Below are positions 10,125-19,927 of a stretch of 64,000 nucleotides of DNA, one piece after another. Every line of letters starts with the position of its first letter. Positions within the stretch are counted from its first letter, which is position 1. A model generated the notes under the pieces. The model was not told the origin of the DNA, did not search any database, and saw nothing but the letters and a program-made list of their open reading frames with translations. This DNA comes from Promethearchaeota archaeon (GTDB lineage: Archaea; Asgardarchaeota; Lokiarchaeia; Sigyniarchaeales; SOKP01). The translations under genes and the position numbers were made by a program. The stretch is taken from assembly GCA_048939995.1 (NCBI GenBank), contig JBHLOY010000003.1:128001-192000 (forward strand), in the 5' to 3' direction.

Positions 10125-11225
10125 ATGGTATTTAGATTTATTCGCCCTGAAAGAGTTTGGCAAGATAAAACCATTTTAGCACGTTTTCCTAAATATAAAA
10201 GTATAATTGATGATGAGCAAATTGCAAGATATTTAGTTGCTAAAAGTGTAGAATGTGAATTTGATGAACAAGATTCTTTAAAGGTTTTAGAAAACTTATT
10301 ACATGATAAATCAATTGAATTTAAAAACCTTCTTAATGAAAAAATTAGCAACCTCAAAGATAGAGAATTAATACCGAACTCTTATATCAAATTGGCTGAA
10401 TTCATAGCAACCAAATATCTTGAAAGCTGCATTTTTTGCGAGAGACAATGTAAGGTCAACAGAATTGATGGAGAGAAAGGTTATTGCTTATTAACCAACG
10501 ATTCGTACGTTTCAAGTGCATTTCTTCACATGGGTGAGGAGAGCGTTTTAATTCCTAGTGGTACGATCTTCTTCCAAAGTTGTAATTTTGGCTGTGTTTT
10601 TTGTCAAAACTATGATATTTCTCAAGCTTGGAAGAAAGTTAAAGCAATTGAAGATGTTGCTAAAAAGGTTAACCCGAAAGAGTTAGCAATCTTAGCAGAA
10701 AAATTAGCCGATAAAGGAGCAATTAATATTAATTACGTTGGTGGAGATCCAATACCAAATATTCATACAATTTTAGGTAGCTTAACTTACCAAAAAGTAA
10801 ATATTTGTCAACTCTGGAATTCTAATTTTTATTTGACAGACCAGTCTCTCTCCTTGATAATAGATTTTATAGATTTTTGGCTCCCTGATTTCAAATACGG
10901 AAATAACGAGTGTGGGGAGAAATATTCGGGAATAAAGAATTATTGTGATGTTTTAACTCGTAACCTTAAACGCATTCATAATGATGGAAGTGGTGAGATT
11001 ATTATTAGACATTTGGTTATGCCTAACCACATTGAATGTTGTTCGAAACCAATTTTAGATTTTGTGGCAAAGGAAGTACCAAATTGTGTAGTCAATATTA
11101 TGGGACAATTTAGACCTGAATATAAAGCATACGACTATCCTGAAATCAATCGAAGGCCAACATCGGAAGAAATGCAACAAGTTAGAGAATATGCAGATAA
11201 ACTAGGAGTTCTTTGGGTTTCTTGA
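10125..11225 (+). CDS. Radical SAM protein, PflX-like
   Basis: CIFCERQCKVNR..G..GYC, CNFGCVFCQNYDIS (CxxxCxxC), DFKYGN and IIRHLVMP motifs. Confidence 0.9.
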   Translation: MVFRFIRPERVWQDKTILARFPKYKSIIDDEQIARYLVAKSVECEFDEQDSLKVLENLLHDKSIEFKNLLNEKISNLKDRELIPNSYIKLAEFIATKYLESCIFCERQCKVNRIDGEKGYCLLTNDSYVSSAFLHMGEESVLIPSGTIFFQSCNFGCVFCQNYDISQAWKKVKAIEDVAKKVNPKELAILAEKLADKGAININYVGGDPIPNIHTILGSLTYQKVNICQLWNSNFYLTDQSLSLIIDFIDFWLPDFKYGNNECGEKYSGIKNYCDVLTRNLKRIHNDGSGEIIIRHLVMPNHIECCSKPILDFVAKEVPNCVVNIMGQFRPEYKAYDYPEINRRPTSEEMQQVREYADKLGVLWVS

Positions 11226-11465
11226 GATCATTCTTTATAAAGAAAAATGATATAATAATATAATCTTTAAAAAAAAGAAGATTTTAGGAATGAAAAAGTA
11301 AAGCATCTTTTTTCAGTAATTTTTTATTTTAATCTTCAAAATGATTTTTAATTTTTGTTTTATTATTTTAAGAAATTATAGAAAAATCTAAAAACTATCA
11401 ATTATTTTCAAATTTAACTAATTAATTAATATGTTTCTTAAATTTTGACTTGAGAGTGATTTCAA

Positions 11466-12566
11466 ATGAGCTTAAAACTAGAAGACGTTAAAGGTTTAGG
11501 TAAAAGAGCAGAAAATCTAAGAACTGCGGGAATTGATACGGTTGAAAAATTAGCAAATGCTAAAATTGAGGATCTCTTAGAAATAAAAGGTATAGGAAAA
11601 GCTTCAGCTCAAAAGTATATTGATAATGCTAACTTTTTACTAAAGAAGGATGACGAGATGCAAGATGTTGTTGCTAAAAAAAAAGTAGAACGGATTAAAG
11701 ACGAAGGAGATAAAGAGATCGAAGAAACCAAGAGAATGGAAGAAAAACAAAAAACTCTTAGAGATATAACTGTGGAAAAAGGTGATTTTGTACTAGTAAA
11801 AATAACTGGAAAAACACAAAAAGGGAATGTTTTTCAAGTATCATCTGAAGAAGATGCCAAAAAGGCAGGTATTTTTGATGAAAATAAGGCAAAACAAGGA
11901 TATTATTCTCCTGAATTTATTATTGTTGGTAAGCCTGGTTTTCTAAATGAGGGTTTAACTGAGACGATTGAAAAAATGAAATTCTTCGAAAAAAAGTCAG
12001 TAAGAATCCCCCCAGGAAAAGCATTTGGTAAAAGGGACCCTCAAAAAATAGAAAGAATAGGTATTGCTAAATTTCGGAAATTAAATGAGGGAAAAAATCC
12101 TGAACTTGGACAAGATTTTGTAAAAAAGGGAACAGGTCAACGGGGTGTTGTAACTAATGTGGTTCAAGGGAGAGTTATAATAGACTATAATCATCCACTA
12201 GCAGGGCAGAGCGTTGATTACAACATTGAAATCATAGATAAAATTGAAGATTTCAATGAAAAAATAGAATATTTTATGTTTTCTAAAGGTATTCCTAAAG
12301 AAAGTATTTTAGAATTTAAATTAAAATATAATAAAGAGGATAAATCTCTTGAGATCACAATTCCAAAAACATTTTTATTCCAAAATCTAACCTACTTAAA
12401 GTTTGGATTAGCTTACGATTTACAGACTCATATGCCAGATGAAATAAACGACGTCAAATTTATAGAAATATATGAAAAAATGCCTATCCCCGCAATACCC
12501 GAAGAATCAGTACAAAAAAAGATTGAGGAATATAATCAAGACCATGAGCATGAGCACGAGCACTAG
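11466..12566 (+). CDS. slyD: Long-type archaeal FKBP/SlyD peptidyl-prolyl isomerase with N-terminal helix-hairpin-helix domain and C-terminal His tail
   Basis: IPPGKAFGKRD and IDYNHPLAG motifs; N-terminal VKGLG...IKGIGKASA; C-terminal DHEHEHEH. Confidence 0.85.
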   Translation: MSLKLEDVKGLGKRAENLRTAGIDTVEKLANAKIEDLLEIKGIGKASAQKYIDNANFLLKKDDEMQDVVAKKKVERIKDEGDKEIEETKRMEEKQKTLRDITVEKGDFVLVKITGKTQKGNVFQVSSEEDAKKAGIFDENKAKQGYYSPEFIIVGKPGFLNEGLTETIEKMKFFEKKSVRIPPGKAFGKRDPQKIERIGIAKFRKLNEGKNPELGQDFVKKGTGQRGVVTNVVQGRVIIDYNHPLAGQSVDYNIEIIDKIEDFNEKIEYFMFSKGIPKESILEFKLKYNKEDKSLEITIPKTFLFQNLTYLKFGLAYDLQTHMPDEINDVKFIEIYEKMPIPAIPEESVQKKIEEYNQDHEHEHEH

Positions 12567-12570
12567 AAAT

Positions 12571-13545
12571 TTATTCTACTTTAATTTTAGAAACTAATTC
12601 CTCTTTTTTAAGCTTTTTTTGCTCCTTATACTTATGTTTCTTTTTCTCGTAATCTGCTCTTTTCTCTTGAAACTCATGCTTTTTTTTCCATGCTTTCTTT
12701 TTATTATGTTTCTTATTTAAATATTCCTTTTTAGCCTTCTTGTATTCCTTTTTAGCTTTCTTATACTCTTTTTTACTCTTTTTATACTTTTCATACTTTT
12801 TTTTAAATTCCTTTCTCAGATTGGGACTGATTTTTTGAATTCCAAGATCACTCAATTGGTTTCTAAACTTTTCAAAAGATTCAAATCTTAAGACAATTAT
12901 GCCTAACTCATGAGCAGGAATTAGGTTCCTCATTTTGTCATCAATAAAAACGCATTTTTTAGGTTTTGCATCTAACTTTTTTAAAACATATTTATATTTT
13001 TCAATATCTGGTTTTATTAAACCAATTTCATTCGATAAAAATACATAATCAAACATTTCATAAAATCCTCTTAACTCATTTGACTTTGCATGGATATCAT
13101 GAGTGTTTGACATTAAACTTACAATATACCCTGCCTTATGTAATCTTTCAATTACTTCGGCCATTTCTAAAGATAAATGAGTCACCTTCGTGTATAAGTT
13201 AAACCAGAGTTCAACATAATAGGCAATGTTAACCCTTTTGGGAGGCAAAGCCCCATTTTTCGTTTGAAAAGGATAATAGTATTTTTCTAAAATTTTTTCT
13301 AAAAATTCATCAGAAGATATTATCCCTGAACTTAATCTACGTTTTAATTTTCTGATGTAAGGCGCCTCATCGATTTTTGGAATAGATATCATTAAGTCAC
13401 TTTCTATAAGTTCAAACAAATTTTTAAGTACAAAAGTTTTTTCTATTAAAACCCCTCCAAAGTCGAAAATGAAATGTTTAATTTTGTATAATCTAACCTT
13501 CTGCTTTTTAAGTATTTCTTTATCGAAATCTTCTTTTTCTGTCAA
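12571..13545 (-). CDS. HAD-superfamily phosphatase with ~80-aa Lys-rich C-terminal tail
   Basis: Motif I FDFGGV, motif II MSNT, motif III KP, motif IV FIDD; TTG start. Confidence 0.85.
   Translation of the reverse strand: MTEKEDFDKEILKKQKVRLYKIKHFIFDFGGVLIEKTFVLKNLFELIESDLMISIPKIDEAPYIRKLKRRLSSGIISSDEFLEKILEKYYYPFQTKNGALPPKRVNIAYYVELWFNLYTKVTHLSLEMAEVIERLHKAGYIVSLMSNTHDIHAKSNELRGFYEMFDYVFLSNEIGLIKPDIEKYKYVLKKLDAKPKKCVFIDDKMRNLIPAHELGIIVLRFESFEKFRNQLSDLGIQKISPNLRKEFKKKYEKYKKSKKEYKKAKKEYKKAKKEYLNKKHNKKKAWKKKHEFQEKRADYEKKKHKYKEQKKLKKEELVSKIKVE
12722..12784 (-). repeat. Imperfect 21-bp tandem repeat encoding KKEYKK(A/S) heptads
   Basis: Plus strand: tattcctttttagccttcttg / tattcctttttagctttctta / tactcttttttactcttttta. 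Confidence 0.75.
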
Positions 13546-13562
13546 CTTTTAATCTCAATATA

Positions 13563-14360
13563 TTAATTTCTTTTATATTTTTCAATAATCATGTCACATA
13601 TTTTAGATACTGGATTGTGATTACCCTCCCAATTTGAAAACTCAGGGAAAGTGCCAGGATCTACTATATATAACTTATTAGATGACATTTCTCGAACCAT
13701 ATCTAAATGTCCAAATAATAAACCGGTTTTCTCTTTCCATTTCCAGACAATTTCTTTAATATCTAGGGGAGTTTCAATTATTTCAATGGGAGCATGTTCA
13801 TTCTCTAATGGCTCTTTCTTACAGACACATATTTCACTATTAATAAAATATACTAAGTAATGGATTCCATAAATAAATCGTTCGAGGTATAATATATTTG
13901 TCGGATCTTCCCTGATGTCTTTTATTGAGTTAATTAGTTTAACTCCTTTACTTCCTGATCCCATAAGAGGCTTTAATATCAATGGAAATAAACCATCAGA
14001 GATTTTATTTAAAGATTCAGATGTTCCTAAAAAGATGTGAGGGATATTGAAATTTAAATCTTTCAATAAAAAAGAGGCTTCCACTCTGTTCTTACATCTA
14101 AAAGATATATTTGTATTTGGAATTACAGGTATTTTATGTGCTTCTAAAAAATATCCTGCATAGAGAAATTGCAAATGTTTTGATTTCAGAATAAAGAAGT
14201 CGTTTTCGAGTAAGGAATTATTAATATATAGATTCCTTTTAGTGTACAACTTTACTTTAAATCCTTTCTTTTCGTAATAACTTTTCATTTTTCCGGTAAA
14301 ATGAGTCGATCTCTTTGACAGAATGCCTATTTTCATAATATGACCTCTATCTTTTAGCAT
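13563..14360 (-). CDS. ATP-grasp protein, divergent RimK/ITPK1-like (start may be the ATG at 14336)
   Basis: FPLILKPLMGSGSKGV, YLERFI, LFGHLDMV and YIVDPGTFPEF motifs. Confidence 0.75.
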   Translation of the reverse strand: MLKDRGHIMKIGILSKRSTHFTGKMKSYYEKKGFKVKLYTKRNLYINNSLLENDFFILKSKHLQFLYAGYFLEAHKIPVIPNTNISFRCKNRVEASFLLKDLNFNIPHIFLGTSESLNKISDGLFPLILKPLMGSGSKGVKLINSIKDIREDPTNILYLERFIYGIHYLVYFINSEICVCKKEPLENEHAPIEIIETPLDIKEIVWKWKEKTGLLFGHLDMVREMSSNKLYIVDPGTFPEFSNWEGNHNPVSKICDMIIEKYKRN

Positions 14361-15165
14361 GCTCTAATAAGAAATTAGTTACTTTCTTGGGTCCATCTTT
14401 GATATAATTAAAATTCGGAGTCGAATTAACGTCGGTAACATAAAATTTTCCTTCTTTAGATTTTAAAAAATCTACTGATATTATATTTAAATCAAGGATT
14501 TTTTGGATAGTTCTAACTTTTTCTTCTAGTTCTGAGATAAAATCGATCTCCTTCCTTGATTTCATTTTATCTGGATCAATTAATACAGGGATTTGTTTGT
14601 AGAAGTACAGTGTATCCCCTATACCATAAACCTTATATTCCCATTTACTTTTAATGAATTTTTGATAATAATAGAATTGATAGTTTTCAGGGTTCCCATA
14701 AGCCTCAGTTAAAGCTCTCTCATCAACAATTTTGAGATGCCCCTCTACTTTTTCTATTTTTGGTTTGAAAGCATAATTTTTTTGGTCCACCACATTTTTT
14801 ATGATATAATCTTCAAAGGGTGGGGGCATTCCAACAGGTATTATCGCATAATCGGGAACATCGATTCCTGCTTTAGCTAACAATATACTACTTAAAAATC
14901 TATGAGATGATAACAAAATTCCTTTTGATGAATTGAAAACTGGAATTGATGTTTCATGTTCAATTAATTTTACTAAATTTAGTATTAAATCTCCTTTTCC
15001 TTTTACAAAGAAAACATCCTCTTTAAAGTCTGTAATTGAAAAGTCTAATAAGAAAGCTTCTTCCAAATAAATAGATATCTCTGCAGATTTTTTCAAATAT
15101 TTTAGAAATTCATTGACTTTCTTTTCTAAATGGTATTTGTCAATAATTAATCCGATCTTGGTCAA
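14347..15165 (-). CDS. ATP-grasp protein, ITPK1-like
   Basis: YYQKFI...EYKVYGIGD, ISVDFL and YVTDVNSTPNF motifs; TTG start. Confidence 0.75.
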   Translation of the reverse strand: MTKIGLIIDKYHLEKKVNEFLKYLKKSAEISIYLEEAFLLDFSITDFKEDVFFVKGKGDLILNLVKLIEHETSIPVFNSSKGILLSSHRFLSSILLAKAGIDVPDYAIIPVGMPPPFEDYIIKNVVDQKNYAFKPKIEKVEGHLKIVDERALTEAYGNPENYQFYYYQKFIKSKWEYKVYGIGDTLYFYKQIPVLIDPDKMKSRKEIDFISELEEKVRTIQKILDLNIISVDFLKSKEGKFYVTDVNSTPNFNYIKDGPKKVTNFLLEHAKR

Positions 15166-15372
15166 GTAATTTACCTTGTTGATACTTTTTTGAAGAAAAA
15201 TTGACGTATTTAGTTACAAATTTTATTATCTTATTTTAATATAAATAAGTCTTAAGGAATAATAAATTTAGGTTCCAAAAGGAATCTATGAATATTTGGT
15301 TTGTTATTTAAAATAAATATATTTATATAATATAATTTGCTTTTTAGAAATTGAATTAATAGGGTTTTTGAA

Positions 15373-16287
15373 ATGGCTAATAATGTTAAAAGGATTCATA
15401 TTGGAGCCATTTGTAATAGAGATCTCGAGGTTTTGGACAGAATAAAGAAATTTTTACTAAAAAATTACAACATATTTATTGTCGATTTACTAAAAAAAGG
15501 CTCCAATTCTTTTGATATTAAATATTTTAAAAAACAAATAAAAAAATACTCAATCTGTTTTTTAATTGTCAAACTGACAACCCAAAATTCTAATGAAGAG
15601 ATTTATGAGGCAATTAAGCGAGTAAGTCCTAATATTCTGGTTCTAAATAGTTTAAGTTCAGTTCAAGTTTGCGAAAGTCGTAAAGACACCTTTGCAAAGA
15701 TTAGTCAAAATTGTAAAAAAGTAAAGATTCCCACCACTTACTTTACATTAAAAGAAGCATTAAAAGCATGTCAAACTGGAACTAAAATAATTATTAAACT
15801 TGATGCTCATAATATCCCAAATTTTCCAAAGAATGATAGGATAATAGGAGTCGCCCATAATGTAAGTGAATTTAATGAGATGATTCAAACCTATAATGAA
15901 AAAGATTTATTTTTTCAAGAGTATTTAGGAGAGTTTGATATTATCTATAAAGTATATGTGATTGACCGATGGATGGTTTCAATTACATCTCATAATAGGC
16001 TACAAGATATTGATAATTTAACTCCATTAGAATTAATCCATATAAGAGTACCAATTGAAAAACAATTAAAAAGTAGAATAAAAAGGTTAGGCCGTAGATT
16101 CAGAATGAATATTTTTGGTTTAGACTACATTTTAACCGAAGATGGACCATGTATTATTGATGTTAACGATTTTCCAAGTTTTAGAAGTATCCCTGAAGGA
16201 ATAAGCTTAATTTCGGATTATATTTATAATCTCATATCATTACGAGAACAATATTTTCAAATGCGAGTTAAAGCTGAAGCAAAATAA
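15373..16287 (+). CDS. ATP-grasp inositol-phosphate kinase, ITPK1-like
   Basis: FFQEYL...IYKVYVI, IFGLDYI and IIDVNDFPSF motifs (compare ITPK1 QEF..H.G..FKVYV, LFGxD, IDINxFPGY). Confidence 0.75.
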   Translation: MANNVKRIHIGAICNRDLEVLDRIKKFLLKNYNIFIVDLLKKGSNSFDIKYFKKQIKKYSICFLIVKLTTQNSNEEIYEAIKRVSPNILVLNSLSSVQVCESRKDTFAKISQNCKKVKIPTTYFTLKEALKACQTGTKIIIKLDAHNIPNFPKNDRIIGVAHNVSEFNEMIQTYNEKDLFFQEYLGEFDIIYKVYVIDRWMVSITSHNRLQDIDNLTPLELIHIRVPIEKQLKSRIKRLGRRFRMNIFGLDYILTEDGPCIIDVNDFPSFRSIPEGISLISDYIYNLISLREQYFQMRVKAEAK

Positions 16288-16288
16288 A

Positions 16289-17380
16289 TTATTTTTCTCG
16301 TCTGTTTTTCAGAAATTCTATTAATCTTTCCTTAGCAATGTAGTCTTCTAATTGTTCAGGGGGATGCTTTGCAAAAAAAGAACAAGCTGAATATAAAACA
16401 CCCCCTATATTTCTATCTTTAGCTATTTTACTAACACGTATGCAATCCGTAATAACACCTGCCGAATTATTCCCATCTTCTACAAATAAAGTGAGATCTA
16501 TTCTTACGGGAGCTCCTCCAAAAACACGGCCTTCAAGTCTAATATATGCTTCTTTTTGGTTTTTTAAGAATGGAATATAATCAACTGCAGAAATTTGACA
16601 ATCTATAGAATCTTTATTTTCTAAATTAGCTATAACCGATTCTGTTTTAGATTGTCGTTTTCCTTCTTCATAACGTAAAGTACCATCATTCATAGGGGTT
16701 AATAAGTTACAAAAATCACTTGAACCTCCCCAATCAAGTTGCAATGTTCGATCTAAGATTGCTCCTCTCATAGGAAATAGATTAGCAAGTGATCTATGTA
16801 TAATAGTTGCCCCAATTTGAGATTTTACATCATCTCCTATAAGTGGGAGGTTTAATTCTTCAGCTTTAGCAATTATTTCTGGATTTTTAACAACATGAGA
16901 TGGCATTCCATTCACAACACAAGCTCCTGCATCAAGAGCTGCCATGGCATAATATTTTACAGCTTTATGGCTTCCAGTAGGAAGTAATATAACAACAACA
17001 TCAACGTTTCTATTTATTAATTCTTTAACCATATCAACAGGCTTTTGATTGTAGTCTATAGGAATAATATTTTTTATATTACTGTCTAATCCATCCATAA
17101 TAGGACCTTTAACTACAGGTGCATTTAGAAACTTTGGTTTAAAGAGAATCATGTTACAATTAGGCTCAGCAAAAATCGCTTCACTTAAATCCTTACCAAC
17201 TTTTTTTGAATTTACATCCACTCCTAATACAAAATTAATGTCATTTATACTATATTGAGTTATCTCTGGTAGGACTCCTATAATTTTGTTGGGATTTTGT
17301 TTATAATTCTCACACCCTTGTATTAAAGCGCTTGCTACATCTCCTACTCCAATAATAGCGACGTTGATTTTTTTCGCCAT
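16289..17380 (-). CDS. ino1: Myo-inositol-1-phosphate synthase
   Basis: IIGVGDVAS, LPTGS, GDDVKSQIGATIIHR, SKT, DYIPFL, NSAG and KHPP motifs. Confidence 0.92.
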   Translation of the reverse strand: MAKKINVAIIGVGDVASALIQGCENYKQNPNKIIGVLPEITQYSINDINFVLGVDVNSKKVGKDLSEAIFAEPNCNMILFKPKFLNAPVVKGPIMDGLDSNIKNIIPIDYNQKPVDMVKELINRNVDVVVILLPTGSHKAVKYYAMAALDAGACVVNGMPSHVVKNPEIIAKAEELNLPLIGDDVKSQIGATIIHRSLANLFPMRGAILDRTLQLDWGGSSDFCNLLTPMNDGTLRYEEGKRQSKTESVIANLENKDSIDCQISAVDYIPFLKNQKEAYIRLEGRVFGGAPVRIDLTLFVEDGNNSAGVITDCIRVSKIAKDRNIGGVLYSACSFFAKHPPEQLEDYIAKERLIEFLKNRREK

Positions 17381-17484
17381 AATATTTTCTATAATAAAAG
17401 GATTGTATTTAAATCATTTTAAAATCTAAAGCTTTAATATTGAATTATAATTTGCAAATAATCTAGAAAATGAAAAATTAAACC

Positions 17485-19923
17485 ATGGTGGCTACCATAC
17501 TATTTAATCAAATTAACTTAAATTTGCTTCCATTAATTATTATCTTTTTGATATTATTTTTTATTGCAGTGTATTTATTCTTACCTTGGATCTTTAAAAT
17601 TTTTGTGTCTCCCAGATTTAATGCTAGTTATATCTATCGCTCAAAGGATTTTAAAAAAAAAGAATTAGACGTTCCTCTAAATAAAAAAGATAATTTTCAA
17701 ATAGATTTTGATAACAAATCAGGATTATATTCTATTTCATTTGGAAAAAACAGAAAATTTTTGGATGGAAATATAAAAATTAGGTACCAATTAAGAGATT
17801 ACAGTATTTGTAAAACAAAAAGTAAGTCTCTCAAATTAATCTCTTGTGCTGAAATCGATGGAAATGATAGACTAGGAGCATTCAAATCAATAAATGCCGA
17901 ATTTAGGTTGAAAGACGAAGACCTTTTTTTTGAGATTTCAATAAAAAATTACATTCAAGAAAAATTCATTATATTTGAGCTGAATGTTCCTAAAGGTTTA
18001 GAAAACGATTTTTCTGATAAAAAGTCAAAGCTTATTACCTCCTTTCCGTCCTTTATAAATAAAAGCCCTCATACAAAAATACTTACTTTCCGGAATACAA
18101 AATTTTGTCCTCCTTCAAGAAAATTTGATTCTACGTCTGCTCCTGTTTTATTATATGATGATGATTTAAATTGTTTTACCTTGTGTCCCTTAGATGGGTT
18201 TTTAAATACTTTGATCTCAAAAGATAAACATAACAGAATAAATTGTGGCATCCAAGGAGAAATTAAAGAATTACCAAAAAATTTTTCTCAAAAATTTATT
18301 CTTCTTTTTAGTAAAGGGATAAATCATTCTTTGGAGCATTTAGGAGATATTTTATTAAAATTTCATGATTCTAAACGCAAAAATCTTTATGCTAATGTTG
18401 TTACGTCATATTTAGGATATTGGACAGATAACGGTGGATATTACTATTATAAGACTGAGAAAGGAATGAATTATGAAGACACAATGATGGTTATTAAAGA
18501 ATATTTTGTAAAAAATAATATACCAATAAAGTATTACAATTTTGATAGTTGGTGGTACTTAAAACATACAAATAAATTTTTTACTACGTTATTTAGGTTT
18601 ATTGTAAGACTAGCGGGAGGCGGATTATATGGTAATACTTTACTTTGGGAAGTCGATCCAACCAATTTTACAACTAATTTAAAGACTTTTCATCGAAAAT
18701 TTCAAATACCAATTACTGCCCATAATCGTCGTTGGGACTCTAGATCTCCTTATGTAGATAAGTATAAATTTGAAACCTACAAAAATCATGCTGTGCCACT
18801 GAAAAAAGAATTCTGGCAGTGGTTGATGACTCATGCGAGAGAAAGTGGCATTGTTGTTTACGAACAAGATTGGATTAAAAACCAAATTGCAAGTATGCCT
18901 ATTTTGAGGCAAAAATTCAATGCTCAAGAAAATTGGTTAAACAATATGGCCACTGCAGCAAAGGAAAATGAGATAGATGTATTTTATTGTATGCAAACTC
19001 CTGGAATCCTCCTATATAGTATAAAACATTCAAATGTTAATATTTCCAGATGCTCAGAGGATTATAATCACAGATGGCCTTTAACTTATAGATATGTTCA
19101 CTCAACTCAGACAAATATCCTTTTCAATGCGGTAGGAATTAATTCTCATCCAGATGTTTTCCGTTCAAGAACAATAGAAAATGTAAGATTAAGACCTTTT
19201 GGAGAAAAATATCCCAATTTTAAATGTCTATACCAGATCTTAAATGGTGGAGTAGTTGCTCCTGGTGATAAAAAAGAAAATGTAAATTGGGCTCTCCTTA
19301 AAAGAACATGTAGGGATGATGGTTTATTACTAAAGCCGGATAAATCATTAACAGTTAATGATCTAATGTTTAAGAAGCATAGAAAATACTATATTTGTGA
19401 TACTTATACTAAGATAAATCATTTAACTTGGAGTTATATTGTAATTACCAATATATGGCCTCGAAGAGTTAAAGAAACTTCTTTCACACTAAGAGATCTA
19501 GGCTTTGAGATGGGTGATTATATTATCTATGATTATTTTTCTGATACTTTATCTCGAATTAATTTTGATAAAAAGATTGAAATAGGGCGATTAAAAAGAT
19601 ATGGTTATAAATATTATATTATCTCCCCCCTCACAAAAAATGAAATGGCTTTAATTGGGTGTCCTGATAAATTCATTACTTGTTCAAGAAAACTAATTAT
19701 AAACATAAATACAGATGAGAGATCTATAAAATTTTCAGTTCAAAATATAAAAGGTGCTAAAGTAAAATTGTTGTTCTATTCAGAAAAAAGACCTACTAAA
19801 ATTCAGATTGATAATGAATTAAGCAATACATGGAATTATATTAAAGAACTTAGTAGATTAGAAGTAAACATTAGGTTCGATAAAGATAGTAGAAAAGAAA
19901 TTTTAATCCAAAATATGATCTAG
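17485..19923 (+). CDS. N-terminally membrane-anchored glycoside hydrolase-like protein (clan GH-D; raffinose synthase/Sip1-like C-terminus)
   Basis: N-terminal TM helix; LGYWTDNG, YNFDSWWY, YEQDW, RCSEDY, PGD, DGLLLKPD and ALIG..DKF motifs. Confidence 0.6.
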   Translation: MVATILFNQINLNLLPLIIIFLILFFIAVYLFLPWIFKIFVSPRFNASYIYRSKDFKKKELDVPLNKKDNFQIDFDNKSGLYSISFGKNRKFLDGNIKIRYQLRDYSICKTKSKSLKLISCAEIDGNDRLGAFKSINAEFRLKDEDLFFEISIKNYIQEKFIIFELNVPKGLENDFSDKKSKLITSFPSFINKSPHTKILTFRNTKFCPPSRKFDSTSAPVLLYDDDLNCFTLCPLDGFLNTLISKDKHNRINCGIQGEIKELPKNFSQKFILLFSKGINHSLEHLGDILLKFHDSKRKNLYANVVTSYLGYWTDNGGYYYYKTEKGMNYEDTMMVIKEYFVKNNIPIKYYNFDSWWYLKHTNKFFTTLFRFIVRLAGGGLYGNTLLWEVDPTNFTTNLKTFHRKFQIPITAHNRRWDSRSPYVDKYKFETYKNHAVPLKKEFWQWLMTHARESGIVVYEQDWIKNQIASMPILRQKFNAQENWLNNMATAAKENEIDVFYCMQTPGILLYSIKHSNVNISRCSEDYNHRWPLTYRYVHSTQTNILFNAVGINSHPDVFRSRTIENVRLRPFGEKYPNFKCLYQILNGGVVAPGDKKENVNWALLKRTCRDDGLLLKPDKSLTVNDLMFKKHRKYYICDTYTKINHLTWSYIVITNIWPRRVKETSFTLRDLGFEMGDYIIYDYFSDTLSRINFDKKIEIGRLKRYGYKYYIISPLTKNEMALIGCPDKFITCSRKLIININTDERSIKFSVQNIKGAKVKLLFYSEKRPTKIQIDNELSNTWNYIKELSRLEVNIRFDKDSRKEILIQNMI

Positions 19924-19927
19924 GGCT

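Noticed and set aside
10125-11225. UGA stop of the radical SAM gene as selenocysteine readthrough
   Set aside because: The protein is already full length for PflX-like proteins, and the downstream sequence is AT-rich non-coding.
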